DNA from: a virus
Direction: 5' to 3' (one strand)
Length of the DNA: 39,150 bases
Virus record (IMG/VR): IMGVR_UViG_3300021426_000003
Coordinates: 1-39,150 of that record
The notes beneath the pieces were generated by a model. That model was not told the origin of the DNA. It made no database searches and worked only from the letters and a program-made list of their open reading frames with translations. Position 1 is the first letter of the stretch. Each line of letters starts with the position of its first letter. Below are positions 1 through 7,604 of the stretch, piece by piece. Position numbers and translations under genes: made by a program.

Positions 1-669
1 GCAGAGCAAAAGCAAGAAGTATTTGAACCAATGTTCAAGAATTTTGAGACAGAAGAAATCTTAGAATATTTTAAAGAAATAGTAACTAAAATACCAAATG
101 CTATTTTTTATAAACCAGCAAGTAGTTCTGGAAAATATCACAATTCACAACAGGTTGGTGAATATGGACAATTAATTCATATTTATATGTTTTCTGATAT
201 CCTTAATATGTTTTTGGATTTAGAATATAACAAACATAGATTCCCAAATCCAATTGAAAGAGATTTAATGAGATGTACTCCTGCATTACATGATATGTGT
301 AAATACGGAATGGTTGGAAGCAGAACTCATACTACTAGTAAGCACCCTCTTATGGCTAAAGAAAAATTAATTGAAATTAATAATCAAAAAAACTTTAATC
401 ATCCATTAAAGGAAGACCAGCTTAAAGCATTATGTGAAATGTGCGAAAGACATTCTGGAGAATGGAATGTTTGGAAGGACAAACAAGCTTCTTATGGATA
501 TTGGGGAGATATTTACGATGAAGTAACAACTGGAGAGATGGAAAAACCACAAAACGATAGAGACATATTGATTCATGAATGCGATATGTTAGCTTCCAGA
601 ACTTTTCTTACATATGATATACCTGATGATTTAATCGAAAGATTTGAAAAGAATATCAAAATAAAATAA
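1..669 (+). CDS. HD-domain phosphohydrolase, phage-type (probably 5'-truncated by the window)
   Basis: ORF 31..669; the frame is also open from base 1 (AEQKQEVFEP-M). Motifs PASSSGKYH, H (LIHI), HD (ALHDMCK), H (KHP), H (RHSGEW) and D (ECDML) fit the HD superfamily. Confidence 0.75.
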   Translation, partial: AEQKQEVFEPMFKNFETEEILEYFKEIVTKIPNAIFYKPASSSGKYHNSQQVGEYGQLIHIYMFSDILNMFLDLEYNKHRFPNPIERDLMRCTPALHDMCKYGMVGSRTHTTSKHPLMAKEKLIEINNQKNFNHPLKEDQLKALCEMCERHSGEWNVWKDKQASYGYWGDIYDEVTTGEMEKPQNDRDILIHECDMLASRTFLTYDIPDDLIERFEKNIKIK

Positions 670-696
670 CCCAATATCCAATCTCTCCTTTCTAAA

Positions 697-726
697 GGTA
701 ATCAAAGGTAATCATAAAAGTAATCA
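697..726 (+). repeat. Left integrase arm-type repeats (GGTAATCA x2, AGTAATCA x1)
   Basis: GGTAATCA at 697-704 and 707-714, AGTAATCA at 719-726. The same motif recurs at 938-957 next to the integrase 3' end. Confidence 0.7.
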
Positions 727-739
727 AAAATATTTCTGT

Positions 740-768
740 TTGACAAGAGAAGACCGCTGTGCTATTAT
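740..768 (+). promoter_or_regulatory. sigma70/sigmaA-type promoter upstream of the tRNA fragment
   Basis: TTGACA (740-745), 17-nt spacer, TGn-TATTAT extended -10 (763-768). It is followed by a perfect 10-bp hairpin ATTTGTTGTC-GCCAA-GACAACAAAT (771-795). Confidence 0.8.
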
Positions 769-797
769 ACATTTGTTGTCGCCAAGACAACAAATAA

Positions 798-857
798 GCT
801 GGCATAGCACAGTCGGTAGTGCGTCGCATTGGTAGTGCGGAGGTCACGAGTTCGATT
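798..857 (+). tRNA. tRNA-Thr(GGT), 5' 60 nt only (3'-truncated after the T-loop); probable attP core region
   Basis: GCTGGCA-TA-GCAC AGTCGGTA GTGC (D arm)-G-TCGCA TTGGTAG TGCGG (anticodon arm, GGT at 831-833)-AGGTC-ACGAG TTCGATT. The expected 3' T-stem (CTCGT) and acceptor strand (TGCCAGC) are absent. Confidence 0.8.
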
Positions 858-874
858 AACATATATCAATAATA

Positions 875-926
875 ATAGGGTTCAGAAAGTCTTTAAATAC
901 CAAGGATTTTTGAATCCTATTTTTTT
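875..926 (+). terminator. Intrinsic terminator after the tRNA fragment (may also terminate the converging int transcript)
   Basis: Imperfect stem ATAGGGTTCAGAAAGTCTTT / AAGGATTTTTGAATCCTAT followed by a T run. Confidence 0.65.
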
Positions 927-937
927 GCTTTTTAAGA

Positions 938-957
938 GGTAATCAAACAGGTAATCA
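938..957 (+). repeat. Right integrase arm-type repeats (GGTAATCA x2)
   Basis: GGTAATCA at 938-945 and 950-957, same orientation as the copies at 697-726. Confidence 0.7.
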
Positions 958-962
958 ATTAT

Positions 963-2093
963 TTAAACCAATGCGAATTCTGGAATACTGTTAATTATCT
1001 CAGATTTCTTTTCTATAGATTTTCTATTTCTATGATAATATTTCTCAGAAGTAGTAATATCAGAATGACCCATTTGGTCTTTAATAAATCTTTTGTCTAA
1101 ATGCGCATCTAATAAAATAGTATCGTATGTCGCTCTTATCTTATGAGGAGACTTTTTATAAATATTAGTATCTTTACACATTTTATAAACTCTTTTTCTG
1201 ATTAATAGAGTAGTTAATCTTTTATCTTTTTCCATAAATATCCATTCTTTATTTTCAGAATATGCTTTTAAATTTCTAAGAAGCCATTGATAATTTGATG
1301 GAACAACTATTTCTCTATTACCAGCTTGAGTTTTAGAAAACATTTTAACTGTATAAATTGTTTTATTGTTTTCTTTATAACGAGTCTCTATACGTCTTAT
1401 TTTTATCGTATTCTTTTCAACATTAATGTCTTCTGATTTTAAAGCTACAATCTCACCTATTCTTGCTCCAGTTATAAACATTAATAATACAGCTGAATTT
1501 CTAATATCTAAATTATCTTTAAGATATTTAATTGCAATTGAAGTTTCTTCTTCATTAAATACTTCTTCATAATCCTCTTTAATATTTTTTTGAAATTCAT
1601 TATTACTTATCTCTAATTGGAACAATACATCTTCAGGTGTATAAGATATTAGCTTCTTTCGTTTTGCTCTTTTTAAAATACCTTTTGTAATAGTCTTTAA
1701 ACTGCCAAAAGCTTTTGCTGATAATGAATGTTCAGGAATTTGTTTTTCAAGAAATTCTATAAATTCATTTTCAGTCACATCTTTAATATGCTTTTTCCCA
1801 AAAGTTGAATAATGTCTTTTAAATACTTGTTCTAATCTAGTATGGGATGATTTACTAATCTTATTTAATTCCAACCGATAATCATTCCACTCATAAAAAA
1901 TGTCTTTTATAGTTGGAGAATTAATTGCTTCATCCCAATAAACAATAACTATGTCTTCAATATCTTTTTTACTACTTCTTTTCTTTAAAACCCTCCCTTT
2001 GTCTTCGTCTGGTAAATAAGTGTACCATTTACCATTTGTACCTTCCCATATTTTATAAGGATGGTTGGATAACAGTTCTTTTCTTTTTGTCAT
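963..2093 (-). CDS. int: Tyrosine recombinase / phage integrase
   Basis: 376 aa. Catalytic set R (TGARIGE), K (FSKT), HxxR (SPHKIR), H (QMGH), Y (EKYY). Adjacent to the tRNA fragment and arm repeats. Confidence 0.92.
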   Translation of the reverse strand: MTKRKELLSNHPYKIWEGTNGKWYTYLPDEDKGRVLKKRSSKKDIEDIVIVYWDEAINSPTIKDIFYEWNDYRLELNKISKSSHTRLEQVFKRHYSTFGKKHIKDVTENEFIEFLEKQIPEHSLSAKAFGSLKTITKGILKRAKRKKLISYTPEDVLFQLEISNNEFQKNIKEDYEEVFNEEETSIAIKYLKDNLDIRNSAVLLMFITGARIGEIVALKSEDINVEKNTIKIRRIETRYKENNKTIYTVKMFSKTQAGNREIVVPSNYQWLLRNLKAYSENKEWIFMEKDKRLTTLLIRKRVYKMCKDTNIYKKSPHKIRATYDTILLDAHLDKRFIKDQMGHSDITTSEKYYHRNRKSIEKKSEIINSIPEFALV

Positions 2094-2161
2094 ATTTATA
2101 TTTGATTAGATATTGGGTTAATTAATTATCTCATTATTATTCAAATAAATCAAATCTATAC

Positions 2162-2191
2162 AAAAAAAGGGGAAGATAAAAATCTTCCCCT
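2162..2191 (-). terminator. Intrinsic terminator separating the late operon from int
   Basis: GGGGAAGAT-4 nt loop-ATCTTCCCC stem, followed by T7 on the minus strand. Confidence 0.85.
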
Positions 2192-2210
2192 ATAATTCTA
2201 TATTCAATTT

Positions 2211-2675
2211 TTAAATTGCTTGTCTAATTCTTGTACCAATAGAAGAGCCTGTTCTTTTAAAATCAAATAAAAGGATATCTATTGGTACTCCAGAAGAACC
2301 GACATTTATTCCAGTAAAAGTAATGCGTTTATTTTCTAAATTATAAAAACTAGGTCGCATTATCAATGTATCTCCATAAAGATTATATTCATAATAACCA
2401 ACCATATTTTTACCTTGAGCTATTGCTTCAAGCATTTCATCTAAAGTTTTATCAGCATTGACTTCCCCATAAGGAGCATTAAAAAAGTGAACAGTAAGCA
2501 TATTACTATCCACTACATCTCCAATTAATTCTTTTTTTAATTCTTTAAAAGCAGAAGAGTATTGCTGTTTACTTTCAGGTGAATTGCGAGAACTATTATC
2601 TTCATAACCCAATAATCTATAAATATTATTTAGAAAAGATGGTATACCTACTGGTATTTGTTTTGTTTCTTTCAT
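2211..2675 (-). CDS. Hypothetical protein
   Basis: 154-aa ORF co-oriented with the late genes, 13 bp after the upstream stop. No recognisable family. Confidence 0.6.
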   Translation of the reverse strand: MKETKQIPVGIPSFLNNIYRLLGYEDNSSRNSPESKQQYSSAFKELKKELIGDVVDSNMLTVHFFNAPYGEVNADKTLDEMLEAIAQGKNMVGYYEYNLYGDTLIMRPSFYNLENKRITFTGINVGSSGVPIDILLFDFKRTGSSIGTRIRQAI

Positions 2676-2688
2676 ATTTATATTTTAT

Positions 2689-2991
2689 TTACCCCTCAGT
2701 AGGAGTTACTTCCTCTTCAGGCTCTACTTCAGGCTCTGTCTCCGCCTCTGGTTCAGGCTGAACAACCTCATGCTTATAGCACTGATTCATAACTGCTCTA
2801 CCATCAGCGGTAAGCAAGGTTGCGCTGTGCTGAGGAAGTTCACTAACTGCCGCAGAAGCAAGAACCTCATGATATTTAGCTTCAGCTTTCAGTCTGGCTT
2901 TTGTAGGATTTTCATCATAGGCGAAATGAACAATGTGTCCATAGTTACCATCTGTATACTGCTGAATTTCAATAATATAAAACTGATTCAT
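2689..2991 (-). CDS. Small phage protein with acidic Pro/Glu tail (possible fibre-assembly chaperone)
   Basis: 100 aa, AAAGGAG SD upstream, C-terminal PEPEAETEPEVEPEEE. Resembles 3093..3341. Function inferred from position only. Confidence 0.65.
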   Translation of the reverse strand: MNQFYIIEIQQYTDGNYGHIVHFAYDENPTKARLKAEAKYHEVLASAAVSELPQHSATLLTADGRAVMNQCYKHEVVQPEPEAETEPEVEPEEEVTPTEG

Positions 2992-3092
2992 AATTTTTCT
3001 CCTTTAACATTATTATATAAAAAATCTGTTAGAAGATTTGATTTTTCTCTGTCCTATTTTTTATAAAAAATTTCTATATTTAGTTTTTATAT

Positions 3093-3341
3093 TTATTCCT
3101 CGCTCACCTCTTCGGGTTCGGGAGAAGGCTCATACAGCGTATCAAATCGCTTATTTTCGATGATGTTTCCCTCTTCGTCCTGTAAAGTCAGCGTGACCCA
3201 CTGATAATCTTTAGTAATTACTGCTGCTGCTGCTCGCTGATAATAAAACGCTAGTCCTGTGGCAAAACTCGACCTTGTAGTAAGAGTAGAATTAACAATC
3301 CCATCGGGACGTTTTTGAAGTTCTGTTAAAAATGTATACAT
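3093..3341 (-). CDS. Small phage protein with acidic Pro/Glu tail (probable paralog of 2689..2991)
   Basis: 82 aa, AAAGGAG SD. Shares the E(I/L)Q..DG ... Y(H/Y)...A.AA ... TL....G pattern and ends in EPSPEPEEVSEE. Confidence 0.65.
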   Translation of the reverse strand: MYTFLTELQKRPDGIVNSTLTTRSSFATGLAFYYQRAAAAVITKDYQWVTLTLQDEEGNIIENKRFDTLYEPSPEPEEVSEE

Positions 3342-3447
3342 AAGTTATGCTCCTTTCTTATATTGCCCTTTACGGCGTTGCTGTGATAATGGTGTCTCCT
3401 GCGACGCGATGTAGGATGTCATGTTGTAGGCTGTGTCCTCAGATGCT

Positions 3448-4890
3448 TTAAGCCGCTTCCTCCTGCATATATGATGCGTATGTTGACCAGTTGGTTGCAG
3501 TCTTATACGCCTCTAATATGCTGTGGTCTTCTGAGTATGGAACATAGATTATGCAGTCGGTTTGAATATTATTAAATATATTTTTCTTTGCAATTGCGGG
3601 TGGTGTTATTGGAAGAAAATGATATTCTGCCATTCCGCAACAATTACTAAACGCACTATTTCCAACGCTTGTTACTCCTTCGGGAATAGTTATACTTGAA
3701 AGACTGTAACAATAACTAAACGCATTACTTCCAATGCTTGTTACTCCTTCGGGAATAACTATGCTTGAAAGACTGTAACAATTACTAAACGCATAGATTC
3801 CAACGCTTGTTACTCCTTCGGGAATAACTATACTTGAAAGACTGAAACAATTAAAAAACGCATTACTTTCAACGCTTGTTACTCCTTCGGGAATAACTAT
3901 ACTTGAAAGACTGAAACAATTACTAAACGCACCACTTCCAACGCTTGTTACTCCTTCGGGAATAACTATACTTGAAAGACTGTGACAATTAAAAAACGCA
4001 TCACTTCCAACGATTGTTACTCCTTCGGGAATAACTATACTTGAAAGACTGTAACAATTATAAAACGCATTACTTTCAACGCTTGTTACTCCTTCGGGAA
4101 TAGTTATACTTGAAAGACTGTAACAATTACTAAACGCATAGCTTCCAACACTTGTTACTTCTTTGGGGATAGATATATTGGAAAGACTATAACAATTACT
4201 AAACGCAGAGTCTCCAATATTAGTGATGCCGTTTCCTAATTCAATTTTCTGTACAGCATTAGTATATACTCCCGAAACGTTGGTTGATGCTGAAGTAGAT
4301 TTTTGTAAAATGAGTGCTCCAAAGAATGTAAACGAACCGCTTACAACTGTTAATTTTATTACATAATCGCCGGGGGCATATATATGCTGTGCTGTTGTTA
4401 CTGTAGTAAGCGAAGTACCAGTAAGCGTCTCCGTATTGCTTCCATCCCCCCAATCAACTTCGACACTACCATTTACTCCAATGCCCAAATACGGGCTTGT
4501 TCGTCCTTCCTCAAAATGCACATAAATGCGAGTTTTCCCATCATCAGTAATGTACATCTGACCGATGTCACACTTGCCCATGGACTGCACCTGCGATTTC
4601 ATGTCGGCAAGAGACCAGTTCCAACCCTGTGCAGTCAATCCATCGTGAGATGGATTCTCTGGCAGAGCAGTCAGAGCAAGAGCCTCTGCGGTTGTGTATG
4701 AATGCAGGATTGTGCCGTCATAGTCAATGAAATTGACGTCCTTTCTAGGGGCAGAGACAGTACTGCCGCCCCTACCATACCCACTCGCAAGTGTATGCAC
4801 GGCATCAGAGAGATTCGTATCACTTCCCCCTGTTACCTCATTAGCGTAAGTGGTTAAGGCATTGATTGAATCAGTTAATGGAGTTGCCAT
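3448..4890 (-). CDS. BspA/TpLRR-type leucine-rich repeat protein (LRR_5-like), probable virion adhesin or receptor-binding protein
   Basis: 480 aa with 23-aa repeats IPEGVTSVGxxAFxNCxSLSSIx and a PKD-like VDWGDG..HIY.PGDYVIKL segment. No signal peptide. Starts 1 bp after the tail fibre stop. Confidence 0.85.
   Translation of the reverse strand: MATPLTDSINALTTYANEVTGGSDTNLSDAVHTLASGYGRGGSTVSAPRKDVNFIDYDGTILHSYTTAEALALTALPENPSHDGLTAQGWNWSLADMKSQVQSMGKCDIGQMYITDDGKTRIYVHFEEGRTSPYLGIGVNGSVEVDWGDGSNTETLTGTSLTTVTTAQHIYAPGDYVIKLTVVSGSFTFFGALILQKSTSASTNVSGVYTNAVQKIELGNGITNIGDSAFSNCYSLSNISIPKEVTSVGSYAFSNCYSLSSITIPEGVTSVESNAFYNCYSLSSIVIPEGVTIVGSDAFFNCHSLSSIVIPEGVTSVGSGAFSNCFSLSSIVIPEGVTSVESNAFFNCFSLSSIVIPEGVTSVGIYAFSNCYSLSSIVIPEGVTSIGSNAFSYCYSLSSITIPEGVTSVGNSAFSNCCGMAEYHFLPITPPAIAKKNIFNNIQTDCIIYVPYSEDHSILEAYKTATNWSTYASYMQEEAA
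3637..4119 (-). repeat. Seven near-identical 69-bp tandem repeats encoding LRR units (plus a diverged unit at 4120-4188)
   Basis: Unit in coding sense: AGT CTT TCA AGY ATA nnT ATT CCC GAA GGA GTA ACA AnC nTT GnA AnY nnT GCG TTT nnT nAT TGT nnC; 7 x 69 = 483 bp. Confidence 0.95.
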
Positions 4891-4891
4891 A

Positions 4892-7207
4892 TCAAATCAC
4901 CCCCAATGCTGTAAGTGCGGAAGAATAATCCGCATAAACATCGTCAAGGTGCTGTTTGTCTTGTACAGACATTACCCCGTTTCGTGTGGTTGTTACAATC
5001 GGCACATTAGCCACTCCATCCTGTACGATACTCGTTCCATTTATTTGTACATCGTCAACCTTACCATCCAACACTCCAGCAACACTAACAACTTCAACAT
5101 TCGTACCTTCATTAACATATTCACCAGCCGTTAATGCAGTCTTTGCTCTATATAACTTACCACCAATAATAAACAACTCGCCTACCACATGAGCAGATTC
5201 AAATGGGTCTGATTCATGTGATGCAATGAGTGGTGTTATACCTAACATATTTTGGATTGAGTCTTTAGCGTTATCTGTATATTGACCAAGTGGAAGAGTG
5301 GAATTTTTCTCGTCCGCTCCAGAAGCTTTTGCTAAACCATAAAATACCGAATAATGCTGATTCGCTGGCATAACTGGTCTATATGAAGTACTAGCACCTT
5401 TCATCTCTGCACCATTTGCCCCCGCTATTAAAAGCAATCCATCAGATTTACGAATTTTGGTTCCAGTCGTCTCTGATACTTTGACAACTCCAAGAGCGGT
5501 AGTACTTGCAATTGGCACATCAGCCACACCATTATTGACGATAGAAGTACTATCGATTTGCACATCCGTCAAATACCCACTCAAATCAACACTAGCACTA
5601 CCAAACATTTCCCAAGCGCCATTTACATAAACCCACTCGGTAAATAAATCTGGACTTGTTCCACCTGCTGTAGGGACTAAATAAAATGTTTTATCATCTG
5701 GATTTGCTATAGTAGGAATTCTAGTTTCAGCATTATACTCACTAGCACTACAAATATGAATCTCCATATCTGTAGCTGGTTCTCCTTTTTCTCCCTTTTC
5801 ACCTCTAATAGATGTGGTAGTATATTGAGTCCCATCAGTGAAATTAATCGTTAATGTATAATCATTATTCAACACAGTTGATGCAATACCATTACCAATA
5901 TCACCTTTTAACCCTTTTTCTCCACGTATAGACGGAGTGGTATAAGATGTACCATCCGTGAAAGTTATAGTTAATGTATAGTCAGAATTAAGAGCAGTGT
6001 TCTCAATACCATTTCCAGTTTTACCAATATCACCCTTATCACCTTTAGTACCACGAGCGTCAACATTGGTATTTACATATTCATTCTTACTTGCATCCCA
6101 TACATACCAATAACCATCAACAACTTTTGGATAATGAGTAACATTAGTAGCGGATTGATTTTTAAATTCTTCTGCTTGACTTGCGCTTTCAGATGCATTA
6201 ATTGCAGACTGGTTAGCCTCATTTGCAGACTGACTTGCGTTATCAGCAGATTCAGAAGCACTTAACGAAGCATTGTCTGCTGATATCATACTTTGATATG
6301 CTTCACGAGCATTTTCAAAAACATTATCAGCGGTATCGTCAATCTGAGTTTTTAGCGATTGAACATCACCCTTAATAGTTTGGGCACCATCTTTTGCAGT
6401 AATGGTTTCGTCTCTATAACCCTTAGTCTCATCCCTGTAATCAACAATATTCTGCTTTGCTTGTTCCGCTTCGTTCTTAAAAGTCTCAGCCTCATCTCTA
6501 AAACCTTTTGCTTCAGCGGATGCATCATTAGCAACTTGTGCTTTTTGATTAGCTGTGTCTTTACTCTCAAGCGCACTTTGAGCATAGCCCTTTGCTTCAT
6601 CAGAATAATCCAAAGCCTTACGTTCAGATTCAGCAGAATTCTGTGCAGATTGTTCAGAAGCATTTGCCGACTCTCTGGCACTCTGAGCGTCTTGACTAAC
6701 CGCACTTGCGGTAGAATTAATCTCTTCTTTTAAACTAACAACTTCTTCTTTGATAGTTGCGACTTGAGTTTTATCAGCATTTGTCTTATCCGCATTTTCA
6801 TTTGTAATATCAACCGCATTATTTAATTCAGCTATTGCCTTATCAATTGCTGACTGTTGTACAGGAAGAGGTTCTTCGTCTGTAGGTTTTGCCCTTTTAA
6901 TTAATGGTATTTTGACTTCATAAATTGTTTCCCCATCATCAGTTCCATTATGAAGATATATCCAAGCATATATCTCTAAAGCGCCACTCCAAAAATATTC
7001 ATCGGGAATTTCTACAAGTTTGTCACTACCAATCTGTGTTTTGGATTCACCCCTATTCTTATTTGAAAAATGCACTTCAAAAACTTGAGGCAGATTTAAA
7101 TCCGCAAAATATAAATATTGTCCATGATTATATTGATATTGTGATTTAGAGGTGATGAGATGTTTACCTTTAAAATAAAGATAAATTATATTTTGTTTTA
7201 AACTCAT
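4892..7207 (-). CDS. Tail fibre protein (BppU-like N-terminus, Ala/Ser-rich coiled coil, collagen-like repeats)
   Basis: ORF track 4892..7222; the ATG at 7207 has a GGAGG SD. YQYNHGQ..LP..FEVHF N-terminus, Ala/Ser-rich heptads, GxKG triplets, duplicated LNxDYTLTIxFTDGTxYTTxSIRGEKG and duplicated DVQIxxTSIVxxGVAxVPI. Confidence 0.7.
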   Translation of the reverse strand: MSLKQNIIYLYFKGKHLITSKSQYQYNHGQYLYFADLNLPQVFEVHFSNKNRGESKTQIGSDKLVEIPDEYFWSGALEIYAWIYLHNGTDDGETIYEVKIPLIKRAKPTDEEPLPVQQSAIDKAIAELNNAVDITNENADKTNADKTQVATIKEEVVSLKEEINSTASAVSQDAQSARESANASEQSAQNSAESERKALDYSDEAKGYAQSALESKDTANQKAQVANDASAEAKGFRDEAETFKNEAEQAKQNIVDYRDETKGYRDETITAKDGAQTIKGDVQSLKTQIDDTADNVFENAREAYQSMISADNASLSASESADNASQSANEANQSAINASESASQAEEFKNQSATNVTHYPKVVDGYWYVWDASKNEYVNTNVDARGTKGDKGDIGKTGNGIENTALNSDYTLTITFTDGTSYTTPSIRGEKGLKGDIGNGIASTVLNNDYTLTINFTDGTQYTTTSIRGEKGEKGEPATDMEIHICSASEYNAETRIPTIANPDDKTFYLVPTAGGTSPDLFTEWVYVNGAWEMFGSASVDLSGYLTDVQIDSTSIVNNGVADVPIASTTALGVVKVSETTGTKIRKSDGLLLIAGANGAEMKGASTSYRPVMPANQHYSVFYGLAKASGADEKNSTLPLGQYTDNAKDSIQNMLGITPLIASHESDPFESAHVVGELFIIGGKLYRAKTALTAGEYVNEGTNVEVVSVAGVLDGKVDDVQINGTSIVQDGVANVPIVTTTRNGVMSVQDKQHLDDVYADYSSALTALGVI

Positions 7208-7237
7208 ATTTATCCTCCACAATTTATTTTCTAATTT

Positions 7238-7270
7238 AAAAAGAGGAGAGTAGTTTGACCCACCCTCCTC
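7238..7270 (-). terminator. Intrinsic terminator after the lysis cassette
   Basis: Minus strand GAGGAGGGTG-loop-TACTCTCCTC-TTTTT. Confidence 0.7.
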
Positions 7271-7297
7271 ATAATATTATTTACTTGTTATTTATTT

Positions 7298-7591
7298 TTA
7301 TCCGACACTTTTCTGACCAATCTTGGTAATCAAATCACTAACATAGTTAGAACCACGACTCATTACTATACCAGTCAGAACCATGCCAATATACTCGTTG
7401 ACCACGAGTCCAAGCGGCACGAACATATTTGCGCTAAATGCAAATGCAAGTCCAATACCGATTATAATGGTTACAATCTGCGTAATGCCTGTCTTCCTGT
7501 CACCCTCATAAAACATGTTGGCAATAGTCTTACCATACTCAACAAGACCCTCAATTAAAACTGCAACTGCAACAATAACTGCAATATTCAT
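7298..7591 (-). CDS. Putative holin
   Basis: 97 aa, 2-3 hydrophobic helices, C-terminal LTGIVMSRGSNYVSDL holin-like motif, downstream of the endolysin. Confidence 0.75.
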   Translation of the reverse strand: MNIAVIVAVAVLIEGLVEYGKTIANMFYEGDRKTGITQIVTIIIGIGLAFAFSANMFVPLGLVVNEYIGMVLTGIVMSRGSNYVSDLITKIGQKSVG

Positions 7592-7604
7592 AATTCATTC
7601 CTCC

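Noticed and set aside
798-857. Complete functional tRNA gene
   Set aside because: The 3' T-stem and acceptor strand are missing after TTCGATT.
2992-3092. Promoter in the AT-rich spacer upstream of 2689..2991
   Set aside because: A TATAAT exists on the minus strand but there is no credible -35 at 16-18 nt; expected by chance at this AT content.
3637-4119. CRISPR array
   Set aside because: Units are contiguous 69-bp in-frame coding repeats with no unique spacers and no cas genes.
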